DNA from: Kiritimatiellia bacterium | Lineage (GTDB): Bacteria; Verrucomicrobiota; Kiritimatiellia; UBA8416; JADHWI01 | Direction of reading: 5' to 3' | Assembly (NCBI GenBank): GCA_016783565.1 | Contig: JADHWI010000003.1 | Location: forward strand, 9,926-73,925 | Length of the DNA stretch: 64,000 nucleotides | In this document: piece by piece, positions 55,945 through 64,000 of the stretch | How positions within the stretch are numbered: the first letter of the stretch is position 1 | How the letters are laid out: each line of letters starts with the position of its first letter | Translations under genes and position numbers: made by a program | Notes under the pieces: model-generated | The model's database searches: none | What the model saw: the letters and a program-made list of their open reading frames with translations, nothing else | Told to the model about the DNA's origin: nothing

Positions 55945-58197
55945 ATGAGATATGCCATAATTTCCGATATTCACGCAAACATGCAAGCCTGGGAGGCCGT
56001 GCTCAACGATTCACGAATCATGCGTTGTGAGGTCATTCTATGCCTTGGAGACATTGTGGGATTCGGACCCAAACCCGCAGAAGTCCTCGAAAGCGTATGC
56101 ACCCACGCGGCATCACTCGTTCTCGGTGATCATGATGCCGTGATTGGCGGCCGACTCGACAGCAGCGTTTTTTCTGACGACGCACAAGAAATCATCAATT
56201 GGACCCGCTCCAAACTCACTGCCGTTGCCGCACGTTTGTTTGCGGATATGGAAGGCTATCTTCTGGGTGACGGTTTCGTTATCTGCCATTCGGAAACCGA
56301 CGAACCTGAACGTTTTTCATACATCCGAGAACCGGAAGAGGCCCGCGCTAGCTTTAATGCCATGAACACGAATTTAATTTTTGCCGGCCATACGCATGAA
56401 CCCGGCGTTTTTACCCTCGACCCCACTACCGATATAATCACGCACAGCAAACTCCTCGAACTGGCATTAGAGGAAGACAAACGTTACTACGTAAACGTAG
56501 GCTCAGCAGGCTATCCGATTCATGGCGAAACTCTGGCTTCTTACGCCGTCTATGATTCAGACGCCCGACGAATCACGTTTCGAGGCGTGCCCTTTGATCT
56601 CGACGCCTTTGCTGTAGATGTAACCACCAGCGGTTTGCCCGTTGCACCACCCTTTACGCCAATGACAATGCCACACACACCTGAAGTACCCCAACCCACC
56701 GTAAACCCACCACGGGCAACGGCTCCCATAGTGGATAATGTCGAAGCCATTCGAGTTCCCGTCATCAACCCCCATCGCCGCTCCGGCCCTATTCGCTACG
56801 TAACCCCCGAGGAACTGCGCGACACAACACGCACCGCGCGTCTCAAAAAGTACGATAGCCCCCTGCTTAAACAGAATGCACCATCGCCCCTGCAACGAAC
56901 GACATCAGACGTCCAAAAACCCTCCACCGCTATCAGTCCACAATCCGAAGCAACACCCGCACCCTCCGAGCCTCCTGCCGGGAAGAAAAGAAAACCTATC
57001 ATTATCCGGAAACAAAACGCTACACCACCTAAACCAAAAATCATTGAAACCGCTCCCGCTCCTGATGGTGAAGAACCTGAAGCTCCACAAGTAGCAGAAC
57101 CATCACAGGAAGAAACGCCCGCGCCGGACGTTCAAGTGATTACCGAACCCGTTACAGAGGAGCCGACTGCTCAGATAGAAGACACTACCTCAGACAATCT
57201 CATACCCGAAAACTCCGAAACAGATCATGCCGGACAACCAGAACCTGTGCCAGAGCTCGAACCAGAAACTGTACGAGAACCCGAGCCTGTGCCAGAACCA
57301 GAAGCTGTGCCCGTGCCAGAACCAGAACCAGAACTTGAGGCCGAAGCTGAGACAACAGAAGAAGCTAAAGAACCCACAACGCCAAACTCCAGTAGCAAAC
57401 GTGTCGTGAAAATCGCCAACAAGAACAAGGCCAAATCAAAACTCTCTCTGACAGAAACACTCCGCGCGAAGAAACAAAAAGAACGCGAGGAGGCAGAGAC
57501 GCAAGAGGGCGATACGGGCACACCCGACATATCTAAAAAAGACGTACCAAAAGAAAAACCCGCAACAAAGACCGCAGAAAAAGCCAAGAAGAAAGAAAAA
57601 CGTCGCGGTCTATTCGGCCTGGGAAAAGCAAAACCCACAGCTGAAGAAACTGCCGAAGCGAACAAAAAGAAGGCAGCACGGCTGGCAAAGAAAAAAGCCC
57701 AGACTGAGCAAATGAAGGATCGCTTGAGAAAACGTCAGGAAGAAGCAAAAGAAAAGCGCAAGCGCGAAAACATTGATGACAAAGGCGGCGACACAGAAAT
57801 CGACACTACACCCGCCCAGGATCAACCCGAAGAGATAAAGTCGTCCTCAAAAACAGGCTCGAAGACCACCACGGATGCACCGCAGAAGCCCGCTACCCCT
57901 CCGCCACCAACCGAAGAAAAGACAGCACCTGAACAAACAGAAGACTCCAAGAATAAAGAAGACCTGTCTGACGAGGAAAAAGAAAAACTGCGAAAAGAAC
58001 GGTCACGTCAAATCCTGCTGGCGGCACAAAAGAAGAGACAATTGGCGGCACAAAAAAAAGCAGCCTACAAGGACAAACTCCAAAAGTCGCTACAAGCGCG
58101 ACAACAAGCCGCACTGAGAAACCGTCAGAAAGACGAAAACGCAGCCAAGGACAACACGACCGACGAGGACAAATCAACCGACACAAATATCACATGA
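55945..58197 (+). CDS. metallophosphoesterase (YfcE/Metallophos_2-like) fused to a ~525-aa low-complexity P/E/K-rich tail
   Basis: The catalytic domain spans about aa 1-225 (ISDIHAN, CLGDIVGFGP, GDHD, AGHTHEP). After that, only Pro/Glu/Lys/Ala-rich low-complexity sequence runs to the stop. Confidence 0.75.
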   Translation: MRYAIISDIHANMQAWEAVLNDSRIMRCEVILCLGDIVGFGPKPAEVLESVCTHAASLVLGDHDAVIGGRLDSSVFSDDAQEIINWTRSKLTAVAARLFADMEGYLLGDGFVICHSETDEPERFSYIREPEEARASFNAMNTNLIFAGHTHEPGVFTLDPTTDIITHSKLLELALEEDKRYYVNVGSAGYPIHGETLASYAVYDSDARRITFRGVPFDLDAFAVDVTTSGLPVAPPFTPMTMPHTPEVPQPTVNPPRATAPIVDNVEAIRVPVINPHRRSGPIRYVTPEELRDTTRTARLKKYDSPLLKQNAPSPLQRTTSDVQKPSTAISPQSEATPAPSEPPAGKKRKPIIIRKQNATPPKPKIIETAPAPDGEEPEAPQVAEPSQEETPAPDVQVITEPVTEEPTAQIEDTTSDNLIPENSETDHAGQPEPVPELEPETVREPEPVPEPEAVPVPEPEPELEAEAETTEEAKEPTTPNSSSKRVVKIANKNKAKSKLSLTETLRAKKQKEREEAETQEGDTGTPDISKKDVPKEKPATKTAEKAKKKEKRRGLFGLGKAKPTAEETAEANKKKAARLAKKKAQTEQMKDRLRKRQEEAKEKRKRENIDDKGGDTEIDTTPAQDQPEEIKSSSKTGSKTTTDAPQKPATPPPPTEEKTAPEQTEDSKNKEDLSDEEKEKLRKERSRQILLAAQKKRQLAAQKKAAYKDKLQKSLQARQQAALRNRQKDENAAKDNTTDEDKSTDTNIT
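57235..57351 (+). repeat. in-frame PEPVPE-type tandem repeats inside the phosphoesterase tail
   Basis: The peptide is QPEPVPELEPETVREPEPVPEPEAVPVPEPEPELEAEAE. The DNA repeats are of the type ccagaacc/gtgccagaacc. Confidence 0.6.
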
Positions 58198-59216
58198 CAC
58201 CATTATCCAAATCGTCCCGAGCATTGTTTCTGATCACGACATGCTTTGCACTGGCCCAACTCAGCAACGTTACGGGTGATGAGGTCATCATGCTGCATGA
58301 TGTCTACATCAGCACGGCTGACGAAACAATAGAACCATCCAAAAACAACCAGAAAACCGTCCCGCGCGCACCCATTCATCTTCTCAGCAACAAACGTTAT
58401 ACTCTGGTATCCGAAACGGATCAGCATGTCGTCATTAGTCACGAGACAAATGAGAAAATACGCCACATTAGCATTCCTCGGCAGGACGTGCGCATTCAAC
58501 GAGTCCCCATACCAACGTCTATCCCAACCCACCTGTTAACAGCATTGAAAATACACTTAACGGCTGCAGATCAACAGCGCACGACAGCATATAACAAGCT
58601 TGGGAAATACCGCCGAAAACACCGAAACACCACAGAGAGTCTTGACCTTGAGAACCACATCACCCTTGTAAACGCACAAGTTACGGTAGATATCGCGGAG
58701 ATCGTCCTTGCATACCAATCACTCCGCGACAATGCACGGGAGAATTCTCGCAGCTCAGAAATCTTACACGAAGAACTGAGCGCCACACTGGATGCGCAGC
58801 ATCAACAAAACAGCGAGATCATCGCCACGTCAGAAACCCTCGCGCCGTTACAGAAAACCGCCTCCGAGCTTGATCACCTTAACGCGGAACTCGCAAAACT
58901 GGATAAGGTATTGGCTGGTCGTAAGGACAAAAGCATTTTGCTGACCAATAGAACAAACTCACCATTTGTGTTGAAGAATCTTAGAAACGTTATCAACAAT
59001 GTGCAAAAAATCACAAAAAGGTACGAAGCCATTTCAGAGCAGATTGATAACCTTCCACGCAAGCATTCGGGTCTTCGTCATGCAACCATCCGTATGAAAA
59101 AAGTCAAACAACATCAAATCGAACTCACCATGAGACTGCAAAATCTGCAGAGCAAACTCTCCATCCTGCAAGACATCACAGCAACAAAGGCGACTCCCAT
59201 CCCTACAGAACTCTAA
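58194..59216 (+). CDS. hypothetical secreted coiled-coil protein
   Basis: The ATG overlaps the upstream stop (ATGA). The signal peptide is MTPLSKSSRALFLITTCFALAQL. The C-terminal half is heptad-rich (ASELDHLNAELAKLDKVLAG...). Confidence 0.5.
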   Translation: MTPLSKSSRALFLITTCFALAQLSNVTGDEVIMLHDVYISTADETIEPSKNNQKTVPRAPIHLLSNKRYTLVSETDQHVVISHETNEKIRHISIPRQDVRIQRVPIPTSIPTHLLTALKIHLTAADQQRTTAYNKLGKYRRKHRNTTESLDLENHITLVNAQVTVDIAEIVLAYQSLRDNARENSRSSEILHEELSATLDAQHQQNSEIIATSETLAPLQKTASELDHLNAELAKLDKVLAGRKDKSILLTNRTNSPFVLKNLRNVINNVQKITKRYEAISEQIDNLPRKHSGLRHATIRMKKVKQHQIELTMRLQNLQSKLSILQDITATKATPIPTEL

Positions 59217-59245
59217 TCCCCCACTCTTCACTTGAGGACTCATCC

Positions 59246-60109
59246 ATGCCTGCTACCCCCGATGTGTTCATTGACTGCCACTGCGATACGGGCGAAAACC
59301 CCCTATGGCATCCGGATGAACAACGACTTTACTGGGTCGACATCCCGCGCGGAATCATCTACCGCTGCGACCCGCTTACCATGCAGACAGAAACGTTTCA
59401 GCACAAAAGCGCAATCGGCGGTATCACGCTGCAATACGATGGCTCGCTACTGCTCTTCATGGCTCGCGGCGCCATCGCTTCCTGGTGCGACGGAACACTC
59501 ACACCGCTTCTCGCAAGCATTCCGGGCGAAGAAGACAATCGATTCAATGATGTTATCGCAGGAGAAAACGGGCACGTCTTCTGCGGAACCATGACGGCTC
59601 CCTCTCATGCCGGCCGACTCTATCGGCTGAATGCCGATCTTTCGATAACCCCCTTGATTGAAAACGTGGGCACTGCAAACGGAATGGGGTTCACGCCGGA
59701 CCAAACCGGCATGTATTTTACGGATACACGCGCTTACCGTATTGACCTGTTTGATTACGATAAAGCATCCGGGTCCATCACAAACCGGCGCCCGTTCGTC
59801 TCCGTGGACGATGGGCGCGGTCGACCTGACGGATTAACCGTAGATGCGGAAGGATGCGTCTGGTCGGCCCGCTGGGATGGGTATGGTCTGATTCGTTATG
59901 ATCCCGACGGACGCGAGATAGCATGGTTCGATCTTCCTGCCCGCAACGTCAGCAGCCTGACCTTCGGCGGACCAGATTACACAGACATCTACATCACTAC
60001 CGCCATTGGTAAGGAGCCATCCAATTGTGGCACCCATGGAGGCGCCCTGTTTCATATGAACCAGGGAATCCGTGGCGTCCCTGAATTCCGTTCAACGATA
60101 CCCGCGTAA
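59246..60109 (+). CDS. SMP-30/gluconolactonase/LRE-family protein
   Basis: Motifs: GENPLWHPDEQRLYWVDIPRG, ANGMGFTPD, PDGLTVDAEGCVWSA. Confidence 0.85.
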   Translation: MPATPDVFIDCHCDTGENPLWHPDEQRLYWVDIPRGIIYRCDPLTMQTETFQHKSAIGGITLQYDGSLLLFMARGAIASWCDGTLTPLLASIPGEEDNRFNDVIAGENGHVFCGTMTAPSHAGRLYRLNADLSITPLIENVGTANGMGFTPDQTGMYFTDTRAYRIDLFDYDKASGSITNRRPFVSVDDGRGRPDGLTVDAEGCVWSARWDGYGLIRYDPDGREIAWFDLPARNVSSLTFGGPDYTDIYITTAIGKEPSNCGTHGGALFHMNQGIRGVPEFRSTIPA

Positions 60110-60119
60110 TCCTGGCACG

Positions 60120-60148
60120 AAAAAAGGCGGCCCGCCAGGCCGCCTTTT
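60120..60148. terminator. bidirectional intrinsic terminator
   Basis: AAAAAA-GGCGGCC-cgcca-GGCCGCC-TTTT lies between the convergent SMP-30 and pntB genes. Confidence 0.65.
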
Positions 60149-60171
60149 GTGCGTCACAGTTCACGCATCGT

Positions 60172-61566
60172 TCAACTTTCTTTAAACTCCGACACAATGC
60201 TCTGAATACTGTGCTTGGCATCACCCAGAAGCATACGCGTATTAGGCGCAAAAAACAGGGGGTTATCCACGCCGGCAAAACCCGCCTTCAGGGACCGTTT
60301 CAGAACAATGCAAACCCGAGCATAATCCACATCGATAATCGGCATCCCATATAGGGCTGTCCCTTCTTCACGCGCCGCAGGGTTCACCACATCATTGGCT
60401 CCAATGACCACGGCAACATCCACGTTGGCCATCGTGGGATTAACATCCTGCGGCTCCACAAGTTGCTCATAAGGAACATCCGCTTCGGCGAGCAGTACAT
60501 TCATATGCCCAGGCATACGGCCAGCCACTGGATGCACACAATAGTTCACCTCACAACCATTCGCTTCCAGAAGATCGCCCAACTCACGCACCGCATGCTG
60601 CGCCTGGGCCACAGCCATGCCATAACCAGGAACAAACACAACAGAAGACGCCGCTTCCAACATCAGGTAAGTATCCTCGGCCGAAACCGTTTTGGCTTCA
60701 CCCGTAAATGTCTTTCCTCCCGAAACCGTGGCACCCACACCGGCAAACATCACATTGGCCAATGAGCGGTTCATAGCCTTACACATGATGCTTGTGAGAA
60801 TAATACCGCTTGCGCCCACCAGAGATCCCGCCACAATTAACACATTGTTCATAATGACAAAGCCAGCCGCACAAGCCGCCAACCCGGAATAACTGTTCAG
60901 CAACGCAATAACTACCGGCATATCCGCACCACCAATAGGAATGGTGATCAACACACCAAGAATCAATGATGCCGCAATGATGCCAATAAACACGACGTAA
61001 TGACCCAATGGACATCCACAGATCATCGCAGCCAAGAGTAGAGCCAACAAAAGAACGAGACCATTCACAAGCTGCTGCCCCTTGAACAGGATAGGCTTGC
61101 CATCCATCTTCCCCGCCAGTTTCGCATAGGCAATCATGCTGCCGGAAAAGGTCACGCCACCAATCAGAATCGTAGCACCAATGGCAACCATGGTGAACAG
61201 AGGGCCCTTATCAATTACTCCAATCCCCAACTCCGTCTGAATCTTGTGGTACTCAGCCCAACCGACCAACAGACTCGCCAAACCACCAAAACCGTTAAAC
61301 AAACCCACCATTTCGGGCATCGAGGTCATCTGAATCAAACGCGCTGCTGCAACACCAACCAGCGACCCCATCAGTGCGCCCACCAGAATCCATTTAAAAG
61401 ACATCCCGCCATATAGCAACGTCGCCACGATTGCCAGAAGCATACCGATCGCTGAGAGACCATTTCCACGACGCGCTGTTGCGGAATTACTCAACATCTT
61501 CAGACCAAAAATAAACAGGACTGAAGCCGCAATATACATATAGGGAATGATGGACTCTATCGTCAT
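60172..61566 (-). CDS. pntB: NAD(P) transhydrogenase subunit beta
   Basis: A polytopic N-terminal half is followed by the NADP(H) domain (VFVPGYGMAVAQAQH, VHPVAGRMPGHMNVLLAEA, VIGANDVVNPAA). Confidence 0.9.
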   Translation of the reverse strand: MTIESIIPYMYIAASVLFIFGLKMLSNSATARRGNGLSAIGMLLAIVATLLYGGMSFKWILVGALMGSLVGVAAARLIQMTSMPEMVGLFNGFGGLASLLVGWAEYHKIQTELGIGVIDKGPLFTMVAIGATILIGGVTFSGSMIAYAKLAGKMDGKPILFKGQQLVNGLVLLLALLLAAMICGCPLGHYVVFIGIIAASLILGVLITIPIGGADMPVVIALLNSYSGLAACAAGFVIMNNVLIVAGSLVGASGIILTSIMCKAMNRSLANVMFAGVGATVSGGKTFTGEAKTVSAEDTYLMLEAASSVVFVPGYGMAVAQAQHAVRELGDLLEANGCEVNYCVHPVAGRMPGHMNVLLAEADVPYEQLVEPQDVNPTMANVDVAVVIGANDVVNPAAREEGTALYGMPIIDVDYARVCIVLKRSLKAGFAGVDNPLFFAPNTRMLLGDAKHSIQSIVSEFKES

Positions 61567-61859
61567 GCTTTTTTCTCTCCAGCCTTATGCTTGAACATGG
61601 CCAGCATGCGGTCGGTCACAAGGTAACCACCCACCACGTTAATCATGGCAAGCGTCACAGCCAGCGTACCCAGCACAATCATAACGGGGCCGTCACCCCG
61701 TCCTGCGGCAAGCAAAGCGCCCACAATAGAGATACCGGAAATAGCATTGGAACCGGACATCAACGGCGTGTGCAGTTGCGAGGGAACCTTGGAAATCAAC
61801 TCGACGCCGAGAAAGATCGCAAGGACGAACACAAAAATTAAGAGACCCATACTTTCCAT
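61563..61859 (-). CDS. pntA: NAD(P) transhydrogenase subunit alpha, membrane part (PntAB)
   Basis: 98 aa with 3 TM helices. Contains TPLMSGSNAISGISIVGAL. The start and stop overlap the neighbouring genes. Confidence 0.85.
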   Translation of the reverse strand: MESMGLLIFVFVLAIFLGVELISKVPSQLHTPLMSGSNAISGISIVGALLAAGRGDGPVMIVLGTLAVTLAMINVVGGYLVTDRMLAMFKHKAGEKKA

Positions 61860-61861
61860 TG

Positions 61862-62995
61862 CTAGGACATCCGTTCTTTTATCATTTCGTTCACAATCTC
61901 ACCGTCAAATGCAACCAACGCACCATCAATAATCTCATCGTCACGGTCTAAATTGAAGGCTTTCGCCTCAGCATCCCAAAAATGCTCCACCAGGTTCACT
62001 AGATTGGAACCATACATCAGGGTGGCATGCAGTGGAACGCGACCGGCTAAATTGCCGAACCCTATAATCCGAACTCCGCCAATCTCAACAATCTCGTTCA
62101 ACACAGATCCTTCGACATTCCCACCACTCTCAACAGCCATGTCCACAACAAGGCTGCCGGGCTTCATCCCTTTCACCATATCAGCAGTTATAATCACAGG
62201 AGCTTTACGCCCGAATACCTGGGCGGTCGTGATCACCACATCCGCCTGGGCACAGGCTTTAGCCATGGCCTGACGCTGCTTCTCAAGTTGCGCTTCTGTA
62301 AGTTCTTTCGCATAGCCCCCTTCGGTCTGTCCGGTCTCACCCATGTCAACTTTTAGAAAACGCGCTCCCAGCGATTCAACCTGCTCCTGGACGACCGGTC
62401 GCGTATCAAATGCCTCAACCCTCGCACCCAATCGCTTGGCTGTCGCAATCGCCTGCAACCCCGCCACACCCGCCCCTATTATAAAAATACGAGCCGGCGG
62501 CAATGTCCCCGCCGGCGTCATCATCATGGGCACAATCTGTTTCATCTCATTGCAGGCAACCAACACAGAAACATACCCCGCCAGGTTCGCTTGCGAACTA
62601 AGCGCATCCATCTTCTGCGCAATCGTCGTTCGCGGGATCATTTCCATGCAGATGGCGCTCACTTTTTTCTCAGCGAGCTTGCGCACTGTGTCGGAGTTGG
62701 TAAAAGGTTCCAGGTAGCTGACATGCACGCAGCCGGGTTTGAGCAGCGCAATGTCCTCGTTCTGCGGTGGTCGCAATCGCAGGACCATGTCCGCACCGCG
62801 CATGGCACCCTCGCGATCCGTTACAATGGTACCGCCCGCAGCTGCATATGCATCGTCGGCCACCTGGATAGCCGCGCCCAGGCCATGTTCTACTTCAACC
62901 TCTGCACCCAGGTTTGCCAACTTCGCTACAGATTCCGGAATCATGGAGACTCGTGTCTCCCCCATTGTCGTCTCCTTGGGGAGAAACACCTTCAT
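61862..62995 (-). CDS. pntA: NAD(P) transhydrogenase subunit alpha, NAD(H)-binding part (PntAA)
   Basis: Alanine-dehydrogenase/PNT fold. Motifs: ETRVSMIPE, IIGAGVAGLQAIATAKRLGA. Confidence 0.9.
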   Translation of the reverse strand: MKVFLPKETTMGETRVSMIPESVAKLANLGAEVEVEHGLGAAIQVADDAYAAAGGTIVTDREGAMRGADMVLRLRPPQNEDIALLKPGCVHVSYLEPFTNSDTVRKLAEKKVSAICMEMIPRTTIAQKMDALSSQANLAGYVSVLVACNEMKQIVPMMMTPAGTLPPARIFIIGAGVAGLQAIATAKRLGARVEAFDTRPVVQEQVESLGARFLKVDMGETGQTEGGYAKELTEAQLEKQRQAMAKACAQADVVITTAQVFGRKAPVIITADMVKGMKPGSLVVDMAVESGGNVEGSVLNEIVEIGGVRIIGFGNLAGRVPLHATLMYGSNLVNLVEHFWDAEAKAFNLDRDDEIIDGALVAFDGEIVNEMIKERMS

Positions 62996-63017
62996 GATAA
63001 TCTCCTCTACAACGCGC

Positions 63018-63416
63018 TCAACCTACAAGCTGGTTGGCTGTAATACCAGCAAGACGCCGGTTAATCTCATGCTGCAATGAGCAAAGCTTCTTGTGCGGCA
63101 TACAACTTCGATACCGCTCACAACCGGGCTCATCGCCTAGACATGTGTTAAACAATACTCCTTTGGAATCAACCGCATTAACCACTTCCAGAACCGATAT
63201 CTTCTTGGCTGGCTTCTGAAGACAGATCCCACCGTTCCGTCCCCGTACACTTCGTATGATGTTGGCCGCATTCAGTTTGTTAACAATCTTTCTAAGAAAA
63301 CGGTAAGGAACATCCGTCTTCTCGGCTAACTCCGTACAGGATACGGACTGGTCCGGATCCTGTGATGCAAGATACGCTATTGTCCGAATGGCATAGTCTG
63401 CTTCTCTGGTAATCAC
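63018..63416 (-). CDS. Rrf2-family (IscR/NsrR-like) transcriptional regulator
   Basis: The wHTH is MITREADYAIRTIAYLA...RSVRGRNGG. The Cys cluster is C-x6-C-x5-C-x2-H (CLGDEPGCERYRSCMPH). It lies 22 nt upstream of pntAA. Confidence 0.85.
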   Translation of the reverse strand: MITREADYAIRTIAYLASQDPDQSVSCTELAEKTDVPYRFLRKIVNKLNAANIIRSVRGRNGGICLQKPAKKISVLEVVNAVDSKGVLFNTCLGDEPGCERYRSCMPHKKLCSLQHEINRRLAGITANQLVG

Positions 63417-63460
63417 CGCTTAACCTCAACTGTTTATTTTTTTCTGAGACTTTATGTGTA

Positions 63461-64000
63461 TCATTTTCCCGCAGTCCTGCCAATGGCTAAAAACCGGATA
63501 GATTCACCAAGCTTCAAATAAACACCACCCTGCTTTACATACAGCAGCGTTACGGGACCAATTCGCCCCCCCTGCGCCACCAATTCTCGATTAATAATGG
63601 CATACGGCGCATCCGCGCCCACTGATACACCACTGAGTTTCAGCTCAGGCCAATCAGCCGGAATGCGATTGACCTGCGGTTCTGCACTATCCGCCTTCGG
63701 CTTGACAACAGCCGTACGCTGCACCGGGGGCTCGGCAGGTACAACAGTCTGCACCGGCTCATCGAAATTAGAATCCGCCTGCATAGAACGCGTCTTTTGA
63801 ACCGGTTTTGCGTACGCCTTAAAGTACTGCCAAGCGGTCACACGCCCATCAACCCCAAAGCGGACCCGGGCTGTCGGAATATCTGCAGCCCACATCTCTG
63901 AACCGTGCAGCTCACCGCGGGCAAGCGCCGGCTTGCTATATTCCCAGACCGCACACCGCTCCCCCGACACCATCACACGCTCAACCCGATCAGGAGACCC
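63461..64000 (-). CDS. hypothetical protein, 5' end probably beyond the window (GspB/PilP-like C-terminus)
   Basis: The frame stays open upstream of the listed GTG at 63976 through base 64000. The C-terminal PELKLSGVSVGADAPYAIINRELVAQGGRIGPVTLLYVKQGGVYL resembles the secretion-pathway GspB-type motif. Confidence 0.45.
   Translation of the reverse strand, partial: GSPDRVERVMVSGERCAVWEYSKPALARGELHGSEMWAADIPTARVRFGVDGRVTAWQYFKAYAKPVQKTRSMQADSNFDEPVQTVVPAEPPVQRTAVVKPKADSAEPQVNRIPADWPELKLSGVSVGADAPYAIINRELVAQGGRIGPVTLLYVKQGGVYLKLGESIRFLAIGRTAGK

Noticed and set aside
57225-57665. 146-aa minus-strand Ser/Gly-rich ORF, and CRISPR-like periodicity at 57235-57351
   Set aside because: It is the antisense of the in-frame PEPVPE low-complexity coding repeats. 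The repeats are short, degenerate and lack unique spacers.

Overview
This window is a gene-dense chromosomal segment with about 50 protein genes and short intergenic gaps. It comes from a diderm bacterium: it carries lpxK, two GT9 heptosyltransferases, murJ, TonB and TonB-dependent-receptor remnants, and outer-membrane barrels. A PD40-propeller protein with planctomycete-style CxxCH motifs and a cytoplasmic GH2 suggest a PVC-group organism, but that is inference only. Most content is housekeeping, envelope or nucleotide metabolism: class II RNR nrdJ, pyrK-pyrD, a PduO-type adenosyltransferase, an Rrf2-pntAA-pntAB-pntB operon, trmB, rmuC, a ychF-like gene, thrH and two hybrid histidine-kinase phosphorelays. 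I found no rRNA, tRNA, CRISPR array or intact IS element. Two genes run off the window. One at 1-1461 (minus) is absent from the ORF track because it has no stop in the window. The other at 63461-64000 (minus) stays open upstream of its listed start. The best candidate for an under-described system is at 44.3-48.3 kb. It is an ArsR-type regulator, an exported monoheme cytochrome c, a coiled-coil outer-membrane beta-barrel and an exported octaheme (Otr-like) cytochrome, with a strong intrinsic terminator just before the octaheme gene. Other items worth a second look: a deletion scar joining a truncated tonB to the 3' tail of a TonB-dependent receptor gene, a stand-alone sigma-70 region-2 mini-protein coupled to trmB, a metallophosphoesterase with a ~500-aa K/E/P-rich tail, a serine-recombinase/DUF550 mobile remnant, a DUF2339/DUF3999-like pair, and a divergent LpxC paralog. 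I could run no database searches, so family names rest on motifs I recognise and no novelty claim is verified. The ORF-track starts often use upstream GTG/TTG codons. I trimmed starts using ATG, Shine-Dalgarno and signal-peptide logic, so 5' ends may be off by tens of nt.
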